IMG/VR virus record: IMGVR_UViG_2854395284_000001
Span: 27,345 to 91,344 of that record
Direction: 5' to 3' (one strand)
Length of the DNA stretch: 64,000 nucleotides
Origin: a virus
Lineage: Duplodnaviria; Caudoviricetes
Shown here: in pieces, positions 41,309 to 51,545 of the stretch
Layout of the letters: every line of letters starts with the position of its first letter
How positions within the stretch are numbered: position 1 is the stretch's first letter
Translations under genes and position numbers: made by a program
Notes under the pieces: model-generated
The model's database searches: none
What the model was told of the DNA's origin: nothing
The model's input: only the letters and a program-made list of their open reading frames with translations

Positions 41309-41426
41309 AAACCGAGGAGCGCACCACGCAACGTCCAGATGGATCAGGCTCTCTGATAAGAGTTCTTGTATTCAATTCTAGGTAGCCGATGACCTTCTTT
41401 ATATGTAAGTACAGATGTATCTGTAC

Positions 41427-41615
41427 TTATTTTTCTACTTCAGCAGGATTTTGTGACTCAATAATTCCTACTTTGATCATGTATTCTGTTTCAAGATCCA
41501 GTACATTAGCTACCGTGTCATAATCTAAACCAGCTCGACCTTGAATGTATGAATTAAGTTCGTCATAATCCAACACTGGATTTTCGTCAATTTCTCCCAT
41601 AATTGTATTCTCCAT
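41427..41615 (-). CDS. Small acidic hypothetical protein
   Basis: Coupled (TAATG) to the upstream gene. Confidence 0.65.
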   Translation of the reverse strand: MENTIMGEIDENPVLDYDELNSYIQGRAGLDYDTVANVLDLETEYMIKVGIIESQNPAEVEK

Positions 41616-42817
41616 TAATTAAGCTTAATTGAATGTTGTGTTGTAAGCCCTTGTCCAAGCTCGAACTCAAATAAACTCGCGCCAGGGTTAGATGTTTTCC
41701 TTAGAGACATCCCATATGGATCGACGCCAATAATAGATCTGACAGTAAGACATTCTGCATCAATTCCAACTTCCACATTTGTTTTATGATGGCAATGAGC
41801 GCCAATCAAATAATCAAAATGTGTTTGATAAGCTCGCGCATATTCATCAATTGCGGTTTTAATGTTCGGAACTTCGCCATGAATACCTAATACTGCATAT
41901 GTGCTTAGTACGGAATAATCCATTCCAGTTGGATTTTCAAGAATTACAATATTCTTATTGTCTTTAAGCCGTGCTTTAATTAATACAAGCATTGATTTAC
42001 TCATATTTTCATCTACGAATGCATTTTTCGGCGCACCGCAAATTCTAAGCTGATTATGATTTGAATCAATCACCATTTGAAATTTAATTCGTACATATTT
42101 ACTAAGTTCATTTAACCAATTTGCAAGGAAATTGGCATACAGAATAGAAGAGTCGATAATACCATATCTAAGCTTCATAAGTTGGGAATTTAAACGCAAG
42201 ACACCCTGCAGTCCATCGCCTAACTCCCAAACATTTAATTCTGTAATATGTTCTTTATTCACAATCTGAACAACTTTATTTAAAAGATCCCACATACGTG
42301 TTTCGAAGATCTCTGGACTATATTCATTGATAATATTTCCAAACAAATCTTTAATCTCAAATTCAATCCCATAATGAGCATCAGCTAAACACAGAAGATA
42401 TGATTTATGATCATGTATAGGTGGAATGTATTCCGGAATATCCAATGTTTTTAATTCACGAACTGCATTGCAAATTTTTTCTGTAACCATTTCAGCTCTC
42501 GCATCTTCGCGTAGCCATTTTGAATATTCTAGTTTTTCTGTTTGGATTTTCTTACGAGTTTTTTCTAATTCTCTTTGCGCGATCCGGATATCCTGCAACT
42601 GTTTATCAGAATCAACAAACATATCACGATTTGCATTCAGCATTCGATCAAATGTCGCTTTATCCTTCCGAAATTTTGATTCTCCATAATGAGTTCCAAG
42701 TAACTGATTGAGTACATCAGCTACATCATTCCATGAACCGATTATATCCTTATCTTTAGTAACTCTATATATAAGTTGATCATCTGTTTCACCAGGCAAT
42801 CTTGTATAGGAAGTAAT
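41615..42817 (-). CDS. Calcineurin-like metallophosphoesterase (probable ATT start)
   Basis: LADAHYG, LGD, SNH, IHG, AHCHH motifs. Confidence 0.8.
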   Translation of the reverse strand: MTSYTRLPGETDDQLIYRVTKDKDIIGSWNDVADVLNQLLGTHYGESKFRKDKATFDRMLNANRDMFVDSDKQLQDIRIAQRELEKTRKKIQTEKLEYSKWLREDARAEMVTEKICNAVRELKTLDIPEYIPPIHDHKSYLLCLADAHYGIEFEIKDLFGNIINEYSPEIFETRMWDLLNKVVQIVNKEHITELNVWELGDGLQGVLRLNSQLMKLRYGIIDSSILYANFLANWLNELSKYVRIKFQMVIDSNHNQLRICGAPKNAFVDENMSKSMLVLIKARLKDNKNIVILENPTGMDYSVLSTYAVLGIHGEVPNIKTAIDEYARAYQTHFDYLIGAHCHHKTNVEVGIDAECLTVRSIIGVDPYGMSLRKTSNPGASLFEFELGQGLTTQHSIKLN

Positions 42818-42834
42818 AGTAGATCACTCCCTTC

Positions 42835-43038
42835 TTACTCAACATCAACTGGTTCATCCAGTTCTTCTTCGTCCTTGACCTTAATATTAATTTCTACTGG
42901 TAGGTCTGCGAAGTCACGTAGAAGAGTAGAAAGTTGCTTATCTTCACCGTCAACATTGATTACCATAGTTTGTGGATTTAAAATACCAGTAACTTTCATT
43001 GAAGTTGTCGATGTTTTCTTATAAGTAAATGCTGCCAT
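42835..43038 (-). CDS. YonK-like small protein
   Basis: Size, sequence pattern and SPbeta-like gene order. Confidence 0.5.
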   Translation of the reverse strand: MAAFTYKKTSTTSMKVTGILNPQTMVINVDGEDKQLSTLLRDFADLPVEINIKVKDEEELDEPVDVE

Positions 43039-43102
43039 ATCGTATAATTCTCCTTTTAATCCTAAAAATTTGTATAAAAATAGAAGAGTATTGAACTCTT
43101 CC

Positions 43103-43780
43103 TTAAATGATTTCGTCTAAACTTGTAATAATTTTATCTGCAACACCATATTTAATAGCTTCTTTCGCAGATAAATACCAGTCATTTTCAAAGTTTTCAT
43201 TAAATACATCTTCTGGAATCTTTGTTCTAGATAAAACAAAGTCACCAAGTTCTTCGATTTGTCGTTGATAATTTAAAATTGCTGCAACTACATCATTGTA
43301 TGTCCCAGCAAATTGACCAGCTCCCTTATGGATGAGGAATTCTGCCGTTGGAAATGTAAAACGCTCATGACATGCCAAATAAATAAAGCATCCACTTGAT
43401 GCAGCCATACCAACATTGATTCCAATAACTTTTGTTTGACTTAGTTGAATTGTATCAACCAAACAGTTATTTACCTCTAAATCGCCACCAGGACTAAAGA
43501 AGATTACTTTAATTGGCTTACGTTCTTCTGCTGGAATATTATTTTTCTTATCTTCTGAATTCCACTGCATAATCATCTTTGCATATTCCAAAGTCATGGT
43601 TGTAATTTCATCATCAATCCAAATAATTCTATCATCGTAATTTTTATAAAATTGTAATAGAGTAGGATCTGGCAACTGTAAATTTTCTACATTACTTGGA
43701 ATTGCAATGTCTAAATATGTTGTTTCTATTTTTTTCTTGAGTTCCTTTTTCTCCATTGGCAATATGCCTCGTGCTTTCAT
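43103..43780 (-). CDS. clpP: ClpP-like protease subunit
   Basis: SPGG, GMAASSG, FLIH, DWYLSAKEAIKYGVADKI. Confidence 0.9.
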   Translation of the reverse strand: MKARGILPMEKKELKKKIETTYLDIAIPSNVENLQLPDPTLLQFYKNYDDRIIWIDDEITTMTLEYAKMIMQWNSEDKKNNIPAEERKPIKVIFFSPGGDLEVNNCLVDTIQLSQTKVIGINVGMAASSGCFIYLACHERFTFPTAEFLIHKGAGQFAGTYNDVVAAILNYQRQIEELGDFVLSRTKIPEDVFNENFENDWYLSAKEAIKYGVADKIITSLDEII

Positions 43781-43798
43781 AATATTTCCATAAAAGGA

Positions 43799-44803
43799 TT
43801 AATCTAATAAATCTGCCATAGCTGCAGTTTCACTTCGTTCTGTTTTATATGAATCACATATAAAATTTTCTATATTACTATCATCAAAAAATAACATATC
43901 GTCTAATAAATCTGCTATTTTCTGTGTTTCAGTTCTATTATCTTCCATAAAACACCACTTCATCATCGCAAGAGATTTTTGATATTTTCTTTCGAGATAA
44001 ATTGTTTTGTCTTTATAAATGTAATTATGAAATAATTCTGCTGATTTTTTGGAATGAGTTCTTAATTCATAACATTTTTTGTGTTCAAAAGAGATAATAT
44101 TAAAAGACGGTAATTGTGCTTTGGTTGCAACAAACTCAAGAAATGCTTTAGTACCCAATATACTATACGTATATGAATAGTTTTCAGGATAAAAACATAC
44201 ACATCCATCGCCATCAAAGTATCCGCGTATAAAGTGCGAAATTAAACCATCAGGAACAGAGGTAGGTGGTTCTAAAATCAAAGATTTATTTTCTACGCAT
44301 CCATGACTAATTAAATCATTCACCATTTTAATAGACGTTATACAAGCTCTGTTTGCAAAATATTCTTTACCATTTAATTTTATTTTCCTATCTGCAATCG
44401 GCGCAGTAGATTGTATATCACTTAAAAAATTTTGAATATGATATTTATCATCTGATTTTAAAGTTAACTCTACTGATCCACCTTTTTCATGCCCCGATTT
44501 ATCATACTTTTTACATATATATCCATCTGCATATAAAAATCCAAGCCAATAGGCCTTTGATTCTGTATCAATAGTTTTAAAGAAATTTTCATTTAAAGAG
44601 TTTTTTCGTGATGCAGATAAATATTCATGATTTTTTAATTGGTTATGTGGCCTGACGCCATACCCCAGTTCTTTTAAATATTTTGAAACTTTTTGTGCTT
44701 TAGTATGTAAAGCTTTCCCTATGTCCGAATATGTTTCTCCATCTTTGTACATTTCAAGCATTAATTCAGTTTCATCTTTTGAATAAATTCTTTTTTGGCT
44801 CAT
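43799..44803 (-). CDS. Free-standing LAGLIDADG homing endonuclease
   Basis: AYWLGFLYADG and FIRGYFDGDG motifs, LERK. Confidence 0.9.
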   Translation of the reverse strand: MSQKRIYSKDETELMLEMYKDGETYSDIGKALHTKAQKVSKYLKELGYGVRPHNQLKNHEYLSASRKNSLNENFFKTIDTESKAYWLGFLYADGYICKKYDKSGHEKGGSVELTLKSDDKYHIQNFLSDIQSTAPIADRKIKLNGKEYFANRACITSIKMVNDLISHGCVENKSLILEPPTSVPDGLISHFIRGYFDGDGCVCFYPENYSYTYSILGTKAFLEFVATKAQLPSFNIISFEHKKCYELRTHSKKSAELFHNYIYKDKTIYLERKYQKSLAMMKWCFMEDNRTETQKIADLLDDMLFFDDSNIENFICDSYKTERSETAAMADLLD

Positions 44804-45034
44804 TATTTATCACCTATTATTTATCCTTTCGTATTTTTATTTATTTTCCATATAAAAAGACACCAAAGCCAAAAATAACTCTGGTGTCTTCGTATATTTA
44901 TATGTCGTCACTCCTTGAATATCTTTTACAAAAGAATATTCAATACCTTTTGATTGAAGATATTTCATCTCAGGTACGTATTGAGTACTGTATTCTTTAT
45001 CAAATTTTTTAATCACTAATATATAAATCCTTTC

Positions 45035-46246
45035 TTACATCAAATCTGCTAATTCGCTCAATTCAGATCTGTAATTATTTTTAAGTTTGACACACCCAAA
45101 GCTTTTATGTCCTTTGAATACGTCAATCAGTCTATTAATACCAACATTTTGGACGTTTGTATCCTTTTGTTCAATAATGTCACCCTCATATATTTGTTTA
45201 CATCCAGATTTACAACGTTGAATAATTGTTTTTAGAGTATAAACATCCAAATTCTGACTTTCTGTAACCATACAGATGCTATCAGATTCAAATTCGACAC
45301 CTCGAATATTTGCAGTTGGAATAATATCTAGCATTCCACGATCAAGCATGTATTCAACTTGCTGTAGATCGCCAAATTTTGATGCTAAAATATTTCCGAT
45401 AGATGCAGAATAGATCAATTTTGTGACATGATCACCCTTTTCGTAGCCGAGAGTTTTTGCTCCTTTTAATGGTTCATAAGAGTAAACCATATAGCATTTT
45501 TTATATTTTCCTTTTTCGATTTCTTGCATGATATAATTAAGCGGAAGAGTAGTTTTACCACTACCAGCTTTACCATACAATACGGTAATGTCATTTGTAT
45601 TAATCGAATCCATAGCGAATGATTGAATGTCGTCTAATGGTTTTAATGTACCAAACATATTAGATTTAAATGGTTTATTTCTAATAGTCTGATACATTCC
45701 GCCATCCCATTTTAATTTATCTACAACTTCATTGTCTGCATTTCGAATAATAACATATTCATTTGTTAATAAATTGAAAACATTTTCATTTAAATGTTCA
45801 TAGAAATATGCCATATCATTTTCAGACAATGTAATATCTCTATATCCTTTATATAGATCTTCTTGAATAGTAGAAATACTGGAAACATCTAATCCAAAAA
45901 TCCATTTTGCAATGGTTTTACAAGAAATATCGTTTGTAATAAATAAAATATCAGGAGTAGAATATGCACATGCACAAATCTGATTATCAGGAGTGTTTTC
46001 TAATCCAAAAGCATCTATAATTGAGATAATATCTTTGGTGGTAATAACAACTTTATATTTATCATCATTTTCATCTAAAATATGTAATAATTTTCTTGCT
46101 TTGTATTTTGTCTCTTCATCTTTTCGAGAACTTGTTTTAATGTTTTCTAGTTCTTCTAGAGTAGTAGAACTAATGTAAAAACTGTCTTCTAAAATTTTAT
46201 CCTGTAGTAATAGAAGAGCGTTAGTATCATAAAATTTAGTTTTGAT
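45035..46246 (-). CDS. phoH: PIN domain-PhoH ATPase fusion (PhoH2-like), ATC start
   Basis: Frame open 139 codons upstream of the listed ORF with PIN motifs FYDTNALL, EELE, TND; Walker A GKAGSGKT, ESQN, EGDxxxQxD. Confidence 0.85.
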   Translation of the reverse strand: MKTKFYDTNALLLLQDKILEDSFYISSTTLEELENIKTSSRKDEETKYKARKLLHILDENDDKYKVVITTKDIISIIDAFGLENTPDNQICACAYSTPDILFITNDISCKTIAKWIFGLDVSSISTIQEDLYKGYRDITLSENDMAYFYEHLNENVFNLLTNEYVIIRNADNEVVDKLKWDGGMYQTIRNKPFKSNMFGTLKPLDDIQSFAMDSINTNDITVLYGKAGSGKTTLPLNYIMQEIEKGKYKKCYMVYSYEPLKGAKTLGYEKGDHVTKLIYSASIGNILASKFGDLQQVEYMLDRGMLDIIPTANIRGVEFESDSICMVTESQNLDVYTLKTIIQRCKSGCKQIYEGDIIEQKDTNVQNVGINRLIDVFKGHKSFGCVKLKNNYRSELSELADLM

Positions 46247-46279
46247 GGCTCCAAACCACCTTTCTCATTAAATTTCGCA

Positions 46280-46468
46280 TTAGCGATGATATAATTTTTT
46301 TCTATAATTTTCGAGAAGTCTCATATTATGAGGAGTCTCACACAAATAGAATTTTTTACGTTTATGACATGATTCCGAATGGGATACGCCGCCTTCCGCA
46401 TAAGGAACTCCATGCTTTACTAAATATTCTTTTTCTTGTTTAGTAATGAGTACTATATTAATGCACAC
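46280..46468 (-). CDS. Small basic hypothetical protein
   Basis: ORF track; listed GTG overlaps the RBS. Confidence 0.6.
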   Translation of the reverse strand: MCINIVLITKQEKEYLVKHGVPYAEGGVSHSESCHKRKKFYLCETPHNMRLLENYRKKLYHR

Positions 46469-46511
46469 CTTTCGTTTTAAATTTCTTTGTATTTACAACA
46501 AAGATAAATAG

Positions 46512-46585
46512 TTGGGGTGGTAGGACTCGAACCCACGACCGTTCGGATATAAGCCGAATGCTCTCACCAACTGAGCTACACCGCA
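46512..46585 (-). tRNA. tRNA-Ile(UAU)
   Basis: TAGCTCAGTTGG D-arm, loop CTTATAT, GGTTCGAGTCC. Confidence 0.88.
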
Positions 46586-46610
46586 ATAATGCTACATAAG
46601 TAGCAAAATA

Positions 46611-47455
46611 AGTACGCTGAGATTAAACGTATCTTCGGAAACCTTTACCGACATTATTTTTTCTTCGGTTATCCACTATATGTTGCTTACGCACACACAT
46701 AGTATCTTCCACAACCGCCTTTTGAGAAGGGGCTTATCTTCTTTACTGTATGACTACTCAAGTTTCATCGTTCCATTAACACTGCCGTGCTATAAATCTC
46801 CGCTAAGAGAACTGTGCAGAATCCGCTTAACACATCCAGATATTGCGTATCTTTCAGTGTGTGTATTACCTCAAAAGAGATTACACATTTTGGCTGCTTA
46901 CACCATACAGAGGTACAGACTTTCGCTTGTATAATTTGTTTACCTTTTGCATTAAACCAATTTTTATATTCTTCCTGAACATACTAATTAATAGAAACGA
47001 AATTGAATACAGAAGACGCGCTGCACCAGATGTTTCATTATCTTTTGGATAACAAAATCCATCACGCCTTCGTAGCTTTCGGTTATAATCCCTACTCACA
47101 TCCTGCATAAGCTAATTTGGCATCTCTACCAATTCACTTACCCAAATGGACATCGCACTTGTCTAATAAGGACTCGCACTATATATCCTCCTAATTCCCC
47201 ATCATATCTTCATAGGTTCGCGTGAGCTATTCTGTTGCGCAGAAAAATGATTCTCAGCGGTTGCCCCTGAATCACCTTGTTGCTCCCTATTTCCTGATAC
47301 TATTTCCACACAGGACTTACTCGTTTTACCGGTATGAAACTGCACTTTTTGAGTGCCTGGGATGTTAGTTTTGCATAGATTGACCAATTTTCATGGCGAC
47401 GAGTTGTAAATTCGCCTTTAATACGCTCACACGCATCTATCTGTGCTATGCCACG
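46611..47455 (-). ncRNA. Large structured ncRNA, probably GOLLD
   Basis: ~845 nt with no credible ORF, raised GC, many hairpins, directly 3' of a Met tRNA and 5' of another tRNA in a prophage. Confidence 0.6.
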
Positions 47456-47457
47456 AG

Positions 47458-47530
47458 TTGCGGGACTACGAGTCGAACGTAGCTTTAGAGAATATGAATC
47501 TCTCGTGGAACCGATCCAGCATATCCCGCG
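47458..47530 (-). tRNA. tRNA-Met(CAU), initiator-like acceptor stem
   Basis: C1xA72 mismatch (CGCGGGA/TCCCGCA), loop TTCATAT, GTTCGAC; anticodon stem AGAGA/TCTCT. Confidence 0.75.
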
Positions 47531-47766
47531 ATAATACTGGCAGACTATTGTATCTGCCAGTGAAAAATAAAACATAAAAGAAAGAGGAGATAATTATGAA
47601 ATTAACATAAAGAATTAACCTTTTGAAAAGGGCGGCAGAGAGTAACCGCCCGTTGAATAGACTACAGGTTTTGTTTCTTCCGGTGTAGTCAGAATAAAAA
47701 ATGATTATTTATTCCCTTCAAAGAAAAACAATTTTTTTTGAAAAAGAGACAAAAATCTCAACAAAA

Positions 47767-48618
47767 TTAAGCATTTTTCATACTGTCAGCTTCGAACATT
47801 TTATGGTTTCTCAGCTTCTTCATGCGATCTTTTGCTTTTTCTCGATCAATTTCTTCTGCACACTTACTACAATAAATCCTATTTGGTGCAGTCATTTTAA
47901 CTCTTTTTCCGCATGATGGATTTGCACATTGTCTATATCCTTTTTTAAAGTTACCGATATATTGATTTCCCAAATTAGAAAATTCTTTTATCTTATATGC
48001 CACATTATCAGATTCAGCTAAATTAACTCTAATATTCAGGTTATCTATTTGTTTACCAAAATAAATATAACCATTTTTATATAAGTCATGAAGCAGTTCG
48101 TTTTTTTTATCCGACGTAAGAGTAATATTTGCCAATTTAAAAATTTCAGACAATCCTCTAAGATCCTTTTTATTAATCCATCCATCAGAATCCATATAAC
48201 GAGCTACGGCATATAAAGTAAACATAAATTTCTTTTGTCTGTCATTAGGAAGTGAGTTAATAAGATCAATTTCTTCTTGATAAATTGGAACATATTTTAA
48301 TTCTCTGAATTGTTTGTCTTTTCCGTTAATTTCTTCCTTTTGCTTTGACTTTTTATCTTTCTCGCTATCATAAAAAATATCACATACATTCTCAATTTTG
48401 TGAATCCATTTATACTCCTGATAGCCATAAATCATCATATCGGAAATCTTATTTGTAACGATTTCAACTAACTGTTTTTTTTCTATATTTTCATTGTTAA
48501 TATAATAATATTTTGCTGTTAAAACAATCAAATAGCCAATAGATAGATCTTCTGGTTTCTTCTTTGAAGCCAGAACAGATCTAATATAATCCTTCTCATT
48601 CAGTATATACATTTTCAT
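47767..48618 (-). CDS. Hypothetical protein with C-terminal zinc finger, coupled to the RNAP gene
   Basis: CANPSC...YCSKC; overlaps the RNAP stop. Confidence 0.7.
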   Translation of the reverse strand: MKMYILNEKDYIRSVLASKKKPEDLSIGYLIVLTAKYYYINNENIEKKQLVEIVTNKISDMMIYGYQEYKWIHKIENVCDIFYDSEKDKKSKQKEEINGKDKQFRELKYVPIYQEEIDLINSLPNDRQKKFMFTLYAVARYMDSDGWINKKDLRGLSEIFKLANITLTSDKKNELLHDLYKNGYIYFGKQIDNLNIRVNLAESDNVAYKIKEFSNLGNQYIGNFKKGYRQCANPSCGKRVKMTAPNRIYCSKCAEEIDREKAKDRMKKLRNHKMFEADSMKNA

Positions 48619-51109
48619 TCTCCATTTCTTCCAAACGTTTAATAAGCAAGTCACCAATACAGTCCCAACAAAACTGTCGATTCCCCTTATAACCATAGGT
48701 AATATCAAGGATAATATTCATACGCTCTTCATCGTTTGGGCAAAGTTCAATAGCCTCTTGCCTAAATTTTTCGCATAAATATTTTCTGTTATTATTTGAT
48801 TGTTCTTTGTCGGAAGATCTGTTTGCTTTATACTCCTTAATACATTCACGATACTCTTGTTCAAGATCATGTAAAGCTTTTCGATGTTCTTCTGTGCATC
48901 GACGTTTAACTTTTAAACGATTGTAATCAAAAGTAGAATCATGATGTAATTGTGATTTATATCCGTCTAATTGACTTTCAACATACCAGCAGATTTTATT
49001 CATTGCACAAGCTCCAATGCCAACCGGCATTTTATACTCATACCAAAATAAAAAATCCTTTTGTTCGTCAGTTAAATTATCCTTTTTACTATATAAATCT
49101 TGAATACTGCAATCATATAATGCAGCACATTTTATCTCGCTTTCCTTGATATAATTCTTATACTTACGTTTAATCTCATCATAAATATAGATCATAAAAT
49201 ACGGTTTTCGATAAGCACAAATTGATTGTAAATAATGATTATCTTTGCAAGCACCAAGATTATACCAATATTTTGCCATTGGCTTTGCAATAATTCCTTT
49301 GATTTTATCCAATTCATCCTGTTGGTGAAGCTGTCCACATTCAATACGATATAATAAATCATTATATTCATTAGACCCCTCTTTAAATCGAGATAACACT
49401 TCAATCATAGAAGTTACACGATTTGTAATCTGACCAACCTGATTTCCCATGCCGTTTTTATTTGTTTTTTTTACTTCTTTTTCATTAATAATAATCTTAT
49501 TGGCTTTTCTTTGAACACATTCAATTGCTAATAATTTTCTAAAACAACGAAGTAAGACTTTATTATTGGTTGAATATAAAAGATCGCCATCCCAGTCGCA
49601 ACCGTTTTCCGCCACACAAAAAGAATCCCATGCATTGATAATCATAATAGTATCCATATACTGATACCAATACAAACATTCTTCGTTTGAAATTACATTG
49701 CATTTTCGAATATTATTGTGAGAAGTCATTGGACTTCGAAAGATAACTACAGAATCTACAGATTTGTCAATCCAGAATTTTGAGTAGCATTGATCAGCTT
49801 TTAATAAGCCAGTTATTTCTAGTCCACAAATTGATTGCATTAACGCAAACGGATCACCACTAGCAATTTGATAATTACCATTTACAATTAATTTACCAAT
49901 TTTTGCATCATTTATTTTCTTCTTAATATACCTATGAGTTGAATCGATAATATACGGATCACCAAGCATATATTGGCTTGTATATAATGCGCGTTGCCAT
50001 GAATTCACGTCTGTATTTTCATTAATTCCAAGAAATTTAATGGTGGATTCGTAGTCTCCACACATAGCATCTTTTAAATGCTGAATGGTAGGATTGCACA
50101 ATTCTTTAATATCATCATCAGTGAATTCATAAGACTGTAAATATTGATAATTTAATTCACGTTCTTCATCTAAGATATGAGGAGAAATTTTCGTAACTGC
50201 AAATTCATATCCACACTCTCTATATGCGGCAATATATTCGTCAATACTTTCATATGCCGACCATAATTTCAATGAAGATTCCGTGAGAATCATTTCACAC
50301 TCTCGAATGTCCTGCACATTACCCCAAATATCCTCGATAAAATAATTCCCATTATTATATTTTTCGATAAACTCTATAATTGGGAAAGGGTAGAGCATAC
50401 CTTTTAACCAGGCATTTCGCAAACATACACCTGCAGGAGTATAATCTAATCCAAGAGATTCAGCAACTCTTTGCATATATCCAATAGTACATAAATTAAA
50501 CCCATCAGACACTGTATTTTCCATTACTTTATGTTTTTTTTCGCGAATTGGCTCACCGTCTCCAACTCCACTATCGAGAGAAATTACATCATCTTCGTAT
50601 TGAGTAATGCAATCTTTCACAACTAAAATTCCATGTGGTTCGCAAATTGGCTGCGATGCAGAGCAAGTTAACGCTTTGTATGCTTCATATTTTGCTGGAA
50701 CTAATGGCACTTCTTTGTTTCGCCTACATTCACATAATTCATTTAGTTTATCTATGTATTCCGAATTACAGAATAGAAGAGTGTTATTCTTCAAACCACC
50801 TGTTGTTCCAACAAAACGTCTATAATTTATACCATTTACAGTAACACCTTTTTTGTTTGTTGCTCTTGCAAAATCTGTTTTTTGATCAATAACGACTTGC
50901 ATAAAAAGTTTCGAAAAATCACATTTCCATTTTGCTTTCTTCATGATTTTCTTTGCCATAATTCGAAATTGCTGACCCTCAAATAATGAAACAGATTCTT
51001 GGTATTTAAATGCTTCTTTTTTATCAATATTCAAATTCCATTTAGAATATTTTAATTTATCTGTTCCAATTTTAAAAATCTCATACTGAGGTACATTAAT
51101 ACCTGCCAT
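48596..51109 (-). CDS. YonO-like single-subunit RNA polymerase (eukaryotic RdRP-like fold)
   Basis: SDG, KG, FRSP and catalytic GCDWDGD motifs. Confidence 0.85.
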   Translation of the reverse strand: MAGINVPQYEIFKIGTDKLKYSKWNLNIDKKEAFKYQESVSLFEGQQFRIMAKKIMKKAKWKCDFSKLFMQVVIDQKTDFARATNKKGVTVNGINYRRFVGTTGGLKNNTLLFCNSEYIDKLNELCECRRNKEVPLVPAKYEAYKALTCSASQPICEPHGILVVKDCITQYEDDVISLDSGVGDGEPIREKKHKVMENTVSDGFNLCTIGYMQRVAESLGLDYTPAGVCLRNAWLKGMLYPFPIIEFIEKYNNGNYFIEDIWGNVQDIRECEMILTESSLKLWSAYESIDEYIAAYRECGYEFAVTKISPHILDEERELNYQYLQSYEFTDDDIKELCNPTIQHLKDAMCGDYESTIKFLGINENTDVNSWQRALYTSQYMLGDPYIIDSTHRYIKKKINDAKIGKLIVNGNYQIASGDPFALMQSICGLEITGLLKADQCYSKFWIDKSVDSVVIFRSPMTSHNNIRKCNVISNEECLYWYQYMDTIMIINAWDSFCVAENGCDWDGDLLYSTNNKVLLRCFRKLLAIECVQRKANKIIINEKEVKKTNKNGMGNQVGQITNRVTSMIEVLSRFKEGSNEYNDLLYRIECGQLHQQDELDKIKGIIAKPMAKYWYNLGACKDNHYLQSICAYRKPYFMIYIYDEIKRKYKNYIKESEIKCAALYDCSIQDLYSKKDNLTDEQKDFLFWYEYKMPVGIGACAMNKICWYVESQLDGYKSQLHHDSTFDYNRLKVKRRCTEEHRKALHDLEQEYRECIKEYKANRSSDKEQSNNNRKYLCEKFRQEAIELCPNDEERMNIILDITYGYKGNRQFCWDCIGDLLIKRLEEMENENVYTE

Positions 51110-51116
51110 ATATCTT

Positions 51117-51545
51117 TTATTCCTCCAAAATCTTATATTCTCCATCGCCAACACAGACAATAATTCCATACTGATGTAGCTCTAAATCATTAAACATACC
51201 ACCAACTTGAAGATAGTCTTCAGAAATGTTTTTCAATTTAATACAATGAATTTCACCATCATATTTAATTGCACCAAGCATTTCATTCTTTTCATTGATT
51301 GCAAAAACAACACAATAATTGCAATCTTGAGTATCTACAAGCTCATAACAAAAATCATAGATGTCATCATCATCTGCCAATAGAACATTCATCTTCTCAC
51401 CACATCCGCATTCACATACTGGCGCACATAACATGTTATATTCAGGATCTAATCCAAAATCCTTAAGTTTCAAATTTTTAAAATTCCATACAAAATCTAT
51501 AATATTTGTATTAATATTCATACTAAATCCTCCTGTGTTATACAT
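51117..51545 (-). CDS. Hypothetical protein (CECGCG)
   Basis: Operon context. Confidence 0.65.
   Translation of the reverse strand: MYNTGGFSMNINTNIIDFVWNFKNLKLKDFGLDPEYNMLCAPVCECGCGEKMNVLLADDDDIYDFCYELVDTQDCNYCVVFAINEKNEMLGAIKYDGEIHCIKLKNISEDYLQVGGMFNDLELHQYGIIVCVGDGEYKILEE

Noticed and set aside
46680-47575. Five short ORFs on both strands
   Set aside because: Fall within tRNA and structured RNA sequence; no RBS or coding character
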